A DNA stretch of 21,891 nt from Promethearchaeota archaeon (GTDB lineage: Archaea > Asgardarchaeota > Lokiarchaeia > Sigyniarchaeales > SOKP01), in assembly GCA_008080735.1 (NCBI GenBank), contig SHMW01000071.1, forward strand, positions 1-21,891, written 5' to 3'. Under the pieces are notes generated by a model, which was not told where the DNA came from, searched no databases, and saw only the letters and a program-made list of their open reading frames with translations. Positions 1 through 9,000 of the stretch are shown here, in pieces. The position numbers and the translations under genes were made by a program. Every line of letters starts with the position of its first letter. Position 1 is the stretch's first letter.

Positions 1-2
1 AG

Positions 3-521
3 TTCTCATCCATTCTTGAGAAATTTGGGATGGACTTAATTACCAAATTAGGGAAAACCAATTTTAATATTAAAGTATTAACCGACAAAGTCGATGATCT
101 CAACAAGGCAACTATTGACATCAAAGCACTCATCCCAAAACTGAATAAGATCATCGAAAAACAAGATACTCTGGAAACTGAACTAGATCTGCTCAAATCG
201 CTTGTGTTAAAAAAAGGAACTTCACGAGCAAAAAATAACGAGGAAGAAATTGAGCGAGATCAATCCGCGACTGATAAAAAGGAATTAATTATTAATAAAA
301 TCAGCGCCTTGAAAGAAGATATCAAAACCCAAGAAGATCCAGAGATCTTTATCGAAGAGCTCGATGAATTAAAAGACCATATCTTTGAATATACAGGTGG
401 CCATAAGATCTTATATGAAATCTCGCAATTCATAAAAACTTTAAAAAATGAGAACGAGATTTCCGATGAGATTAAGGCAGAATTGAAGGATAAGGCAACC
501 TATTGGACCAATAAACTCTAA
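3..521 (+). CDS. Hypothetical protein, probably 5'-truncated: N-terminal coiled coil, charged linker and C-terminal ~80-aa helical bundle (possibly Vps28-CTD-like)
   Basis: ORF 30..521 stays open upstream to the window edge (FSSILEKFG before the ATG at 30), so the true start may lie outside the window. Heptad hydrophobic pattern in LTDKVDDLNKATIDIKALIPKLNKIIEKQDTLETELDLLKSL; four amphipathic segments end in KDKATYWTNKL. Confidence 0.75.
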   Translation, partial: FSSILEKFGMDLITKLGKTNFNIKVLTDKVDDLNKATIDIKALIPKLNKIIEKQDTLETELDLLKSLVLKKGTSRAKNNEEEIERDQSATDKKELIINKISALKEDIKTQEDPEIFIEELDELKDHIFEYTGGHKILYEISQFIKTLKNENEISDEIKAELKDKATYWTNKL

Positions 522-626
522 TTCTCCTATTGTGGGGAAATATCGAACCACTTGATTTTGTAAGATAAGACTGGGGCTTCTAAAATAAAATTGACGTATC
601 TCTACACTAGTTTTATATTGCAAATT

Positions 627-2465
627 TTAGTTGTCGGCTTTTGGTAAGGTAAAATAAAAGGTTGAGCCTTGATTTCTTCCCGCCGATTCCATCCAAATGT
701 TCCCTTCATGCAGTTCAATGATTTTTTTAGAAATATAAAGACCCAAACCACTCCCGTCAATCCCAACATCAAACCCTTTTCCGAATCGCTCAATTTTTCC
801 GAATTTCTTAAATATTTTGGTTCTCTCCATCTCAGTAAATCCTATTCCCGTGTCATTTATTTCTACACAAACAGTTTTATCGTCATAATCATACGCTTTA
901 ATCGAAATTGTGCCTGGAGGCGGAGTATATTTGATTGCGTTTATCAATAAATTCTCTACAACTTGAAAAATCTTTTCTTTTTCGATTTTAACCCATACTT
1001 CATCGGGAAGCTCCTTTTTAATGCTGAGATTCCTTGTCGTATATAGCGGATATAACTCATCTATGATAAAATTGATGAGGAACGTCAAATCTTCTTTTTG
1101 GGGCTTTATCTCGGATAATCCAGAACTATATTTTAGAGAGTCTAAGATCTTTTTAATTATTTCATCAAGGCGTGCGCATCCCTTTTCGATTTCCTCGATT
1201 TTGAACCTCATCTGGGGTGTAAGCTCTTCCTGGTGGTCGTTATAAAATAGTTCCGTGTAGCCCATAATCGAGATTAAGGGTGTTTTTAACTCATGGGAAC
1301 ACCTACGCATCAGTTGCGATTTAAATGCGTTTAATTCCTTTAATTTGGTTTCATATTCCTTTTTCTCGGTGATATCACGGGTAATGAGGATTACCAATTC
1401 GATTTCCTCTCCTTTTGTAAGAGGTCCCACACGCGTGGAATACCAAGACACAGAGTCCTCGGGACCTCGGGCGCGGATCTCATAAGTTGTTGAATCGCCC
1501 GTCTCAAATACATAGTTGATAGCTTCTTTTACGGTGTCACGATAGTCGGGATCCACATATTCATACACGCTCGTATTGATAACTTGGTCGGACGTTAATC
1601 CAGAAGGAGGGGAGTTAATATATTTAATCTTACCAGAGCGATCCAGCGTAAATATCACATCGGGAGCATTTTTAAGGAAAAATCGCCATTTCGATTCAGA
1701 TTCTTCTAATTCTTGGATGAATTGTTTTTTCTGGGAAATGTTGCGGGATATCACCATCAGTTTTTTCTCAGTTTCGGTACTCAAATTCCTGATAAGTTTG
1801 CCCTTTACTTCAAACCATAGATACGTACCATCAATATCCCTCAATCGAATTTCCTTGGTTATCTCTTCTTGGGAACATATATTGTCTAATATATATTTCA
1901 CTTTCCAAAAGTCCTCGGGATATATGAATCCCGGTGAGAGAGCAGTTCCAATAAAGTCAGCTTTACTATACCCTAACTCATTAAGATGGGCGTGTTCGTT
2001 CATATATTCAACTATTAAATCTGAATTGATAATCGCCACGAGATCGTTCATATGCTCAATTATAAATTGATATTTCCTCTTAGTATCTTTTAGTTGCTGT
2101 GTTTGGATCAGCTTTTGAGTCTCATCTACCGTGATTATGAGCACATAATTTTTTGGAACATAACAATACAATGCTATTAAATTACGTGTCCACCCCGTCG
2201 TCACATAACTATAATCGATTCTTCTCATGAAGCTCTTTTTCTTTTTGAGGCATAACCATAAATCATCGTAAATCTCTTGCTGTTCTTCATAAGCTTCCGC
2301 AGCAGTACGCCCATTTAATTGCTCCGCCTTTCCTCCCGTTATTTCCATGGCAACCATATTGGCTCGCGAAAAAATAAGTTTAGACCCTTCTCTCTTCCAT
2401 AAGTATGCGGGATTCGGAAAATAATCAATTAATTCCCCTATGTCGCTGATTGTACTATCCATCAT
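627..2465 (-). CDS. Soluble multi-PAS sensor histidine kinase (3 PAS + HisKA + HATPase_c)
   Basis: H-box RRCSHELKTPL, N-box VENLLINAIKYT, G1 INDTGIGF, F-box KIFKKF, G2 DGSGLGLYISKKIIELHEG and GSTFYFTLP. PAS starts at IDYFPNPAYLW, IIEHMNDLVAII and LKNAPDVIFTLD, with PAC ends (SRNISQKK, TRDITEKK). No TM segment and no receiver domain. Confidence 0.95.
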   Translation of the reverse strand: MMDSTISDIGELIDYFPNPAYLWKREGSKLIFSRANMVAMEITGGKAEQLNGRTAAEAYEEQQEIYDDLWLCLKKKKSFMRRIDYSYVTTGWTRNLIALYCYVPKNYVLIITVDETQKLIQTQQLKDTKRKYQFIIEHMNDLVAIINSDLIVEYMNEHAHLNELGYSKADFIGTALSPGFIYPEDFWKVKYILDNICSQEEITKEIRLRDIDGTYLWFEVKGKLIRNLSTETEKKLMVISRNISQKKQFIQELEESESKWRFFLKNAPDVIFTLDRSGKIKYINSPPSGLTSDQVINTSVYEYVDPDYRDTVKEAINYVFETGDSTTYEIRARGPEDSVSWYSTRVGPLTKGEEIELVILITRDITEKKEYETKLKELNAFKSQLMRRCSHELKTPLISIMGYTELFYNDHQEELTPQMRFKIEEIEKGCARLDEIIKKILDSLKYSSGLSEIKPQKEDLTFLINFIIDELYPLYTTRNLSIKKELPDEVWVKIEKEKIFQVVENLLINAIKYTPPPGTISIKAYDYDDKTVCVEINDTGIGFTEMERTKIFKKFGKIERFGKGFDVGIDGSGLGLYISKKIIELHEGNIWMESAGRNQGSTFYFTLPKADN

Positions 2466-2590
2466 CTGAATCCATTCTTAATACCTAAGCTATCTTGGTA
2501 ATAAAACTTATTCTATTTAACATTTAGTATGCGCATAAAAAGGAGATCTTTTTTTTATCGAAATTGAAAGAAAAAGAAGCAAATAATTTT

Positions 2591-3166
2591 TTAGGGTTTT
2601 TTCATCTTGGACTCTAATACCATCTTGGCCATTTTCATGAACATTGTTTTTACGTTCTCGCCCGTAAGTGCCGAGGTCTCAAAATAGGGTGCATTGAGCT
2701 CGTCTCCAAGATGTTCCATCATCGGAACGATAATTTTTCTCTCATCTTTTAAATCTATTTTATTACCCACCAGAATCCTCGGTGCTCCTGAAAGTCCATA
2801 TTTAACCGCGGTATTATACCAGTTCTTTACGTTAGAGAAGGAGCTGCTGCGGGTTACATCAAAAACCAGTATCATTCCATCAGCGCCATTAAAATATGGA
2901 CGATGTAACATATAAAACTGAGGTTGCCCCGCCACATCCCACATCATCAAGTTCACTACTACTTCTTCGCCCATCGGATTCTCCACTTCAAGCTGTTCTT
3001 TCGTGATGTTAACTCCAACTGTGGGGAGGTATTTCTTTTCGAACTTATTTGACGAGAATCTGGTCAGAAGGCTGGTCTTGCCCACCGCAGGATCGCCAAT
3101 TATTACTACCTTAAAGATATGCTCCGTTTTACCCTTAAACACTATTCCACCATTATCTTTACTCAT
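2591..3166 (-). CDS. Rab-like (Ras superfamily) small GTPase
   Basis: G1 GDPAVGKT, G2 YLPTVG, G3 WDVAGQ, G4 NKID, G5 ETSALT; Rab-like segments YFNGA and LVFDVT. The ATG at 3166 (MSKDNGG) is preferred over the TTG at 3199 and is preceded by an SD-like AGTGA. The C-terminus ESKMKKP has no Cys. Confidence 0.95.
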   Translation of the reverse strand: MSKDNGGIVFKGKTEHIFKVVIIGDPAVGKTSLLTRFSSNKFEKKYLPTVGVNITKEQLEVENPMGEEVVVNLMMWDVAGQPQFYMLHRPYFNGADGMILVFDVTRSSSFSNVKNWYNTAVKYGLSGAPRILVGNKIDLKDERKIIVPMMEHLGDELNAPYFETSALTGENVKTMFMKMAKMVLESKMKKP

Positions 3167-3342
3167 AATTCGCTTCACTAATAAAAAGTAATTTTCCAAA
3201 TAATTTTCCTTTACTGGTAATAGACTAATATATTAAAAGTTTTTATATTTTTAGATAGCTTTGTTATAAAATTATTAGTTGATGGTATTTTAGTCTTTGT
3301 TTCTGTGAGAAGATGTAGCCATTATGGTATTATGGAAGCTGA

Positions 3343-3876
3343 TCATAACGAAATGGACATACTTACCTCAAAAGCGCTGTCTTTCCTATTTTGTCTACTT
3401 ATGAAATAGATCCTATCGACTAAAAACCTGAGCGGTTCCCATTGTTTTGTGAGTTTTTTGAGTTTTTTATGGATTTTATAGGTTGTAAATTGTCCAACGC
3501 TCAGATGAGGCTGAAATCCACCGCGGAATTGGTTCACATCGTTGCATTCGGGCACCGCGCGTAATAATTGTCTCTGGAGATAGGCGACTTTTTCATTCGG
3601 TTCTGGATTGAGCCAAATCGTATAGGTTTGATACCGATGACGAAAATATTTAAATTCTTTTAAGGTGAGTTCAAACGGTTTAATAGACTCTAATATTTTG
3701 CGTACTTCGTTTTCAATAGTATCATATTTCTCTTCGGGGGTGAATGGATATAGTAGATTGATGTGGGGCATCCATCGGTCAATTTTCCGATCGTACTTTT
3801 GACGAATTTTTTGAATCGGGTCCCATTTCTCACGGGGCGGGATGATAACACACGCAGAAGTTACAACTTTACTCAT
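3343..3876 (-). CDS. 2H phosphoesterase (2'-5' RNA ligase / cyclic phosphodiesterase superfamily)
   Basis: Two 2H-type motifs, PHINLLYPF (His at 3763-3765) and PHLSVGQF (His at 3505-3507), about 86 aa apart. The intervening KPFELTLKEFKYF and TIWLNPEP strands and the 177-aa length are typical of the fold. Confidence 0.88.
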   Translation of the reverse strand: MSKVVTSACVIIPPREKWDPIQKIRQKYDRKIDRWMPHINLLYPFTPEEKYDTIENEVRKILESIKPFELTLKEFKYFRHRYQTYTIWLNPEPNEKVAYLQRQLLRAVPECNDVNQFRGGFQPHLSVGQFTTYKIHKKLKKLTKQWEPLRFLVDRIYFISRQNRKDSAFEVSMSISL

Positions 3877-3906
3877 AACGGAAAACTCAAATGGTATAAT
3901 GCAAAA

Positions 3907-3914
3907 TACTTAAA
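3907..3914 (-). promoter_or_regulatory. Candidate TATA box of the 2H phosphoesterase gene
   Basis: TTTAAGTA on the minus strand, about 30 nt before the ATG at 3876, with an A-rich BRE-like stretch upstream. Confidence 0.5.
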
Positions 3915-4125
3915 AGATTTTTATGTGAGAAGAGAATTTTCCATGTGCTTTTTTTAAAGTCGATTTCCGATCTTTCGTAAGGAAATGACCAAATTTAAGA
4001 TACTCTTTTTGGACTTTCTTTAAAGGAATGAAATTGATATAATATGATAAGGATAAATAATGACTTGAAAGAAATTTAAAAAATAATTTGAATTTAATTA
4101 TATTATACAAAGTGGCTTAGCAAAG

Positions 4126-4632
4126 ATGAATATAACAAAAAGGCATTTTATCAGAAAGGATGAGTTAGATGAGTTGAAACAGTCTCTTGGAGAGATGTAC
4201 GGAGAGACGTTTATAGAAGAGGTATTTCCCAAGAAAAGTAGAGTCGAGATAATTATAACCGAAGAGGATGATAACCTATACGCGATCAACGGGAAATTGG
4301 CATTATGGAATTCGAAAGAAGGATATATCCCCGTCCTCCCGTTCTTGTTAGATAATCGCATCGGGCTCAAATCAATCATAGTAGATATGGGGGCTGTGCC
4401 GTATGTCACGTTAAACCAAGCAGATATCATGCGTCCAGGGATCACAGAAATCGACTCATCTATCGAGAAAGGAGACATTGTACGGATCGCGGATGAAAAA
4501 AATAATCGGACTTTGGCGGTGGGAAAGGCGATGTATGGTGCTAAGGAAATGGAACAAAAAGAGAAGGGGAAAGTCGTGAAGAATCTTCACACCATCAATG
4601 ATGATATGTGGGAATTCGCAGAACGATTCTAA
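4126..4632 (+). CDS. Pre-PUA (DUF1947) + PUA RNA-binding protein, archaeal homolog of Tma20/MCT-1
   Basis: N-terminal KRHFIRKDE, then PVLPFL, IIVDMGAVPYVTLNQADIMRPGI, IEKGDIVRIADEKNNRTLAVGKA and KGKVVKNLHTINDDMW, matching the archaeal PUA/MCT-1 pattern. Confidence 0.92.
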   Translation: MNITKRHFIRKDELDELKQSLGEMYGETFIEEVFPKKSRVEIIITEEDDNLYAINGKLALWNSKEGYIPVLPFLLDNRIGLKSIIVDMGAVPYVTLNQADIMRPGITEIDSSIEKGDIVRIADEKNNRTLAVGKAMYGAKEMEQKEKGKVVKNLHTINDDMWEFAERF

Positions 4633-4774
4633 ATCTAAAATTCGATTAAAAAATATGAACACGCATAGGGTCAGGAACTCCCTTATACTGACTATTTTAA
4701 TATTGATAGAATTGTCTTGATGTATCTCAAAGTTCTTTTCCAAACAACACAAGCAAAAAATCTATTCTTGTCCC

Positions 4775-5062
4775 CTAATTTACCTGTTTAAGAATTTGCT
4801 TTAACGTTTTCTTTTCTTCAGGACTCAATTGCTCGGAATCCTTACTACATGAAGCTTCAAACGGGTCAAAACATTCGTCTTGAAAGAGTGAGAGAAGGAT
4901 CGGCATCGCGATCTGAATAAAGCCGTGCTTTCCGTTGTTAGAATGAATATCCATAAGTTCTCTGATGGCGTTATTTTTCAGCAATTCAGTTTTTATCGGA
5001 TCGTGATTAATATCAGAATATTTTTCAATGACCTTTGTAAAAAATTCTGTTTCACTCATCAT
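4775..5062 (-). CDS. Small hypothetical protein, predicted helical
   Basis: 95-aa ATG-started ORF filling an otherwise empty interval, with natural amino-acid composition and an AT-rich TATA-like region upstream. No recognised motif. Confidence 0.7.
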   Translation of the reverse strand: MMSETEFFTKVIEKYSDINHDPIKTELLKNNAIRELMDIHSNNGKHGFIQIAMPILLSLFQDECFDPFEASCSKDSEQLSPEEKKTLKQILKQVN

Positions 5063-5574
5063 TTTTATCTATATAGGTAATATTTTTCTACGCATTAAGA
5101 TAGATCTTTGAATTTTATAAAGGTTATTTTTTTAGTTTTTTATGTAGCACTATCGCGTAATAAATCGTCAAAAAGATAATAGATTGTGATCATATTCATT
5201 AATAAAAAAAGCAGATAGCACGAAGTTATATCTTTTTTTTCCTAAATTCGATCCTAATAAAATATATTTGTGAATCGTCTTGCAGTGGAAATGACCCCAC
5301 CTAAAATTGTTTTAGTGGCTACTAAAAATTATTTTACCACGTAATTTAAAAATAAGTATGCAGTTGTGTTAGATATAGATTGTGTAAATAAATGAGTTTT
5401 GAAAATGTGTAATACTTGGATAATGTTCTATCTGAATATTACATTCCATTAAAACCTAAGAAACTCATATTTAACATATAATATTGAGATCTTATCTCAA
5501 TGGTCATAGTTGCTATACAGGAATGATGTATCGAGACTATGAGAAAACTATAAGATTGTGTGTGAAGGAAAAAA

Positions 5575-5871
5575 ATGAGTATGTACAGAGGATATTTGCT
5601 AAAAAACGATTTCTGGGCCAAAAAAGGGAATGAGACAAGTGAAAACGAAAAAGTATTTATCAAACATGATTCGAGTGTTGGAGGGATCTATGCCATTATT
5701 GAGAAGGATAATAGAGGTGTCAGGATAATTGCGAACGGTGAAGAGCACTTTTTCACGAATTTTGACAAACTAGACCTGTTTTTGAATCAATTAAATCAGC
5801 GTAAAGATGATTTTATGAAGATCTTGAAGCGCAGAAATATGTCCAGAAAACTGCGAAAACTCGACTTTTAA
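5575..5871 (+). CDS. Small hypothetical protein with a basic C-terminal helix
   Basis: 98-aa ORF preceded by purine-rich GTGAAGGA and followed directly by T-runs. Beta-rich middle and a KILKRRNMSRKLRKLDF tail. Confidence 0.72.
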   Translation: MSMYRGYLLKNDFWAKKGNETSENEKVFIKHDSSVGGIYAIIEKDNRGVRIIANGEEHFFTNFDKLDLFLNQLNQRKDDFMKILKRRNMSRKLRKLDF

Positions 5872-5890
5872 TTTTTTAATTTTTTTAATT
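5872..5890 (+). terminator. Oligo-T archaeal-type terminator
   Basis: Two T-runs (TTTTTTAATTTTTTTAATT) immediately after the TAA of 5575..5871. Confidence 0.55.
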
Positions 5891-6093
5891 CTACAATTTA
5901 GATTTTGAAATATTCTAATTGATTTTGATTTTGGAAACCGATAAAAAATCCAAGTTATATATTTGTTTTTGATACATTTCTCAATTCTTTTTATTCCTCC
6001 ATCGAGGAAATCTTTTTATATTTTTAAAATTAACATATACTAACGTTTTTGTTAAAAACTGATATAAGAATTACTTGACAGAAGTGTAAATGA

Positions 6094-9000
6094 ATGAATT
6101 TTAATTTGGAAAAATCACACACAATTTTAGCAATATTTCTTTGTAGTATGTTTATTTTACCAAGTCTAGTAATATTTAGTTCAATAAATATAACTGATAT
6201 AGCTTTACACAAATCTGAAAGGGAAGAGAATCTTATCAACACCATTGATATGGTCCCTGGGCTAAAAGCTAAAGAATTAATTGAAAGAGAACAAAATTTT
6301 AAAGAACATAAGCTATTTTCTTCAGCCTTGGATGATCCTACGATTGAGTGGAATCCTATAGAGGATTTTTTAGATTTGGAAAACCAAAAAGTGGAAAGCC
6401 CTTCGATAAATCCAACAAAAACAGTCTCATTAAATCTAATTACTGGAGAGAGAGACATCCTTGAGGAATCTTCAAATCTAAAGTATTCTGGTTTAAATTC
6501 TATGGAATCTTATGATTCGTTTTCAGCTAATGATGGCTCTGGTGGTATAATTTATAGCGATGATAGACAAAGAATAAATGAAACGGAGGTGTTTCCATGG
6601 AGCGCCATATGTAAAATATACGTAACTGCAGCAAATGGCTCTAATTTTGTTGGGTCGGGAGTGATTATTGATGAATATCATGTGCTTACTGCAGGACATG
6701 TTGTATACTCTCACGAATGTGGAGGATGGGCATCCAGTGTAAAAATAGTTCCTGGACAAGATTGGTTTGATTCCCCATTTCATCATGCGTATGCTACAAA
6801 TATACGAACATATGCGGGATGGACTGAAGATAGGATGTATCAACATGACTGGGCGATGTTAACGTTAGATAGAAATATAGGAAGCCATACAGGATGGATG
6901 AATAGAAGAACAGCAGATCCTTCGAATCTATTATATCTTGAAAATCTTAATATAGCAGGATATCCCGTTGATTTAGATTCTGGATTCAATATGTATTGGG
7001 ATGAAGATATTGGTGATTCGGCCGACATTTATAACCATTTCTATTATATGGATACAAATGGAGGAATGAGTGGTGGTCCCGTTTGGAGATACTATAATGG
7101 TCAGCCAGAGATTTTAACTATCCATGCTTATCATCAAGGAGACAACCACCCTAATTTTGGAACTAGACTCAACCAAGATAAGTATGATAGAATTTTTGAT
7201 TGGATCGCCGCCGATACACCACCAGTTGATAAACCAGACTTTAGAGATCGTGGATCTTCGTACAGTGAGGTATATGGTGATAATTTCCAAGCGGGAGTTT
7301 CAACTATAAGTATAGATTGTGATGTTGAAAATGTAGGGTTGGCACCAGATCATACTTTTGTACATTTTTATGCATCAACGGATGATTTTATTGGACCTGG
7401 AGATTATTATTTAGGAAATGATTATATCCAAAACATCGATCCGCTTTCTTCCTCAACTGCGAATTGGAACGGTCTTCTTCCCGCAGATATACCTGAAGGA
7501 TATTATTATATTGGCTGGATTATAGACCAAGGTGATTACCATGCTGAGCATGATGAATCCAATAATATCGGGCATCACTCACAAATAGTCCATATCGATG
7601 GATATAGCCCACCCACAAGTTTCATCTGGGTGACCGCTCGAGATGATACCAATATTTCGCATACTCTTTCGGATGCATATGTAATAGTGGAAGACGAGTC
7701 ACACACAGTAATAGATACGGGGTATACTGATTCAGAGGGGCATTATAACATCACTGGTTTAGAAATTGGAGATTATCTTATTACCATTGTCAAAGAGGGA
7801 TACTATACCCAAACAAAATCAAATTATATCAATTATCACGATGATGACGATTATCTTGTCTTCAATCTTCAAAAAAAACCGTATGATAGTGGATATATTG
7901 AGGTCACAGTGAAAGAGTCCTCAACTTCAGATCCGGTAGATGGAGCGTATGTCAAATGCACGAACAAGAGTTCTGGACTTCTCATAAATACGGGTTATAC
8001 TGATTCTAACGGATTCTATAATATTAGTGGACTAACTACGGGAGATTGGTTCGAAGTAGAAGTCTCCAAATTGACATATCCTAGTATGACAAAATCATCT
8101 CATATAGAGTGGAACGGCGATCATAAATCTCTTGATTTTAACTTGAAGCAATTTGCTTTCGATAGTGGATATATTGAAGTAAGAGCATATAATGTTTCAT
8201 CGGGAGAAAACTTAAACGGTGCTATGGTGGAATGTACCAATATGACGTCAGGAGAACTTATAAGGACGGGCTCAACTGATAGTGAGGGATTTTATAATAT
8301 TACGAATCTGACAGCCGGGGATGCTTTCCAAGTAAATCTGTCTAAGACAGGAGAGTTTTATGAACAATCTCAGCAATCATTAATTAATTGGAATGGTGAT
8401 GATGATTATTTGAACTTTTATCTTTCAGAAATACCGGCAAATGCGGGATATATCGAAGTAAATATTCTAGATTCCAATACAAGATTACCGATTGGTGGCG
8501 CGTTGGTAGAATGTTATTATCAATCGAATGACTCTTTACATAGCTCGGGATATACGAATATCAATGGGGAATATAGAATTGAAAATCTTGAGGCAGATTG
8601 GTATGAGGTTAAAGTGAGTAAAGTGGGATATCATTCACAGATTCAATCTACCTCCATCAATTGGGCGGGAGATGATGATTACCTTACCTTCGATTTACTA
8701 AGCTTGCCTCCGAATAGTGGATATATTGAGGTGACTGTTAATGACCTCGATACGATGGCACCTGTACAATCTGCCGAAGTAATTTGTCGTTCTAACGATG
8801 GTACATTCTTCAAATCAGGATACACAGACGCGTCAGGATTCTACAACCTAACAGGACTTTCTGTGGGAACGTGGCGGGTTGAGATAGTAAAATCAGGATA
8901 TGAACCAACTGTAAAATCTCAGACTATCAATTGGAATGGAGATGATGACTATTTATCCTTTAATCTTCAATCTAATCCTATCGATAGTGGATATATAGAG

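Noticed and set aside
522-539. Small hairpin TTCTCC-TATTGT-GGGGAA after the first ORF's stop codon
   Set aside because: Only 6 bp including a G-U pair and no U-tail; indistinguishable from chance.
669-2070. Plus-strand ORFs 669..950, 1021..1245 and 1576..2070
   Set aside because: Antisense shadows of the well-supported histidine kinase, with no motifs.
3910-4752. Minus-strand ORFs 3910..4110, 4098..4478 and 4456..4752
   Set aside because: They overlap the PUA gene antisense or lie in AT-rich promoter DNA, and their composition is not protein-like.
5285-5340. Possible eukaryote-like SECIS (ATGA followed by a stem with an A-run)
   Set aside because: No matching GA on the 3' arm, not in the 3' UTR of a + strand gene, and no convincing in-frame TGA selenoprotein in the window.
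5523-5633. 36-codon upstream ORF (MMYRDY...) overlapping 5575..5871 across an A7 run; possible frameshift extension
   Set aside because: The ORF at 5575 has its own purine-rich SD-like sequence; the uORF is short and its resemblance to MSMYRGY is probably chance.
6030-7309. ORFs 6030..6458, 6523..6846, 6840..7028 and 7124..7309
   Set aside because: Antisense or alternate-frame overlaps of the S1 protease gene with no independent support.
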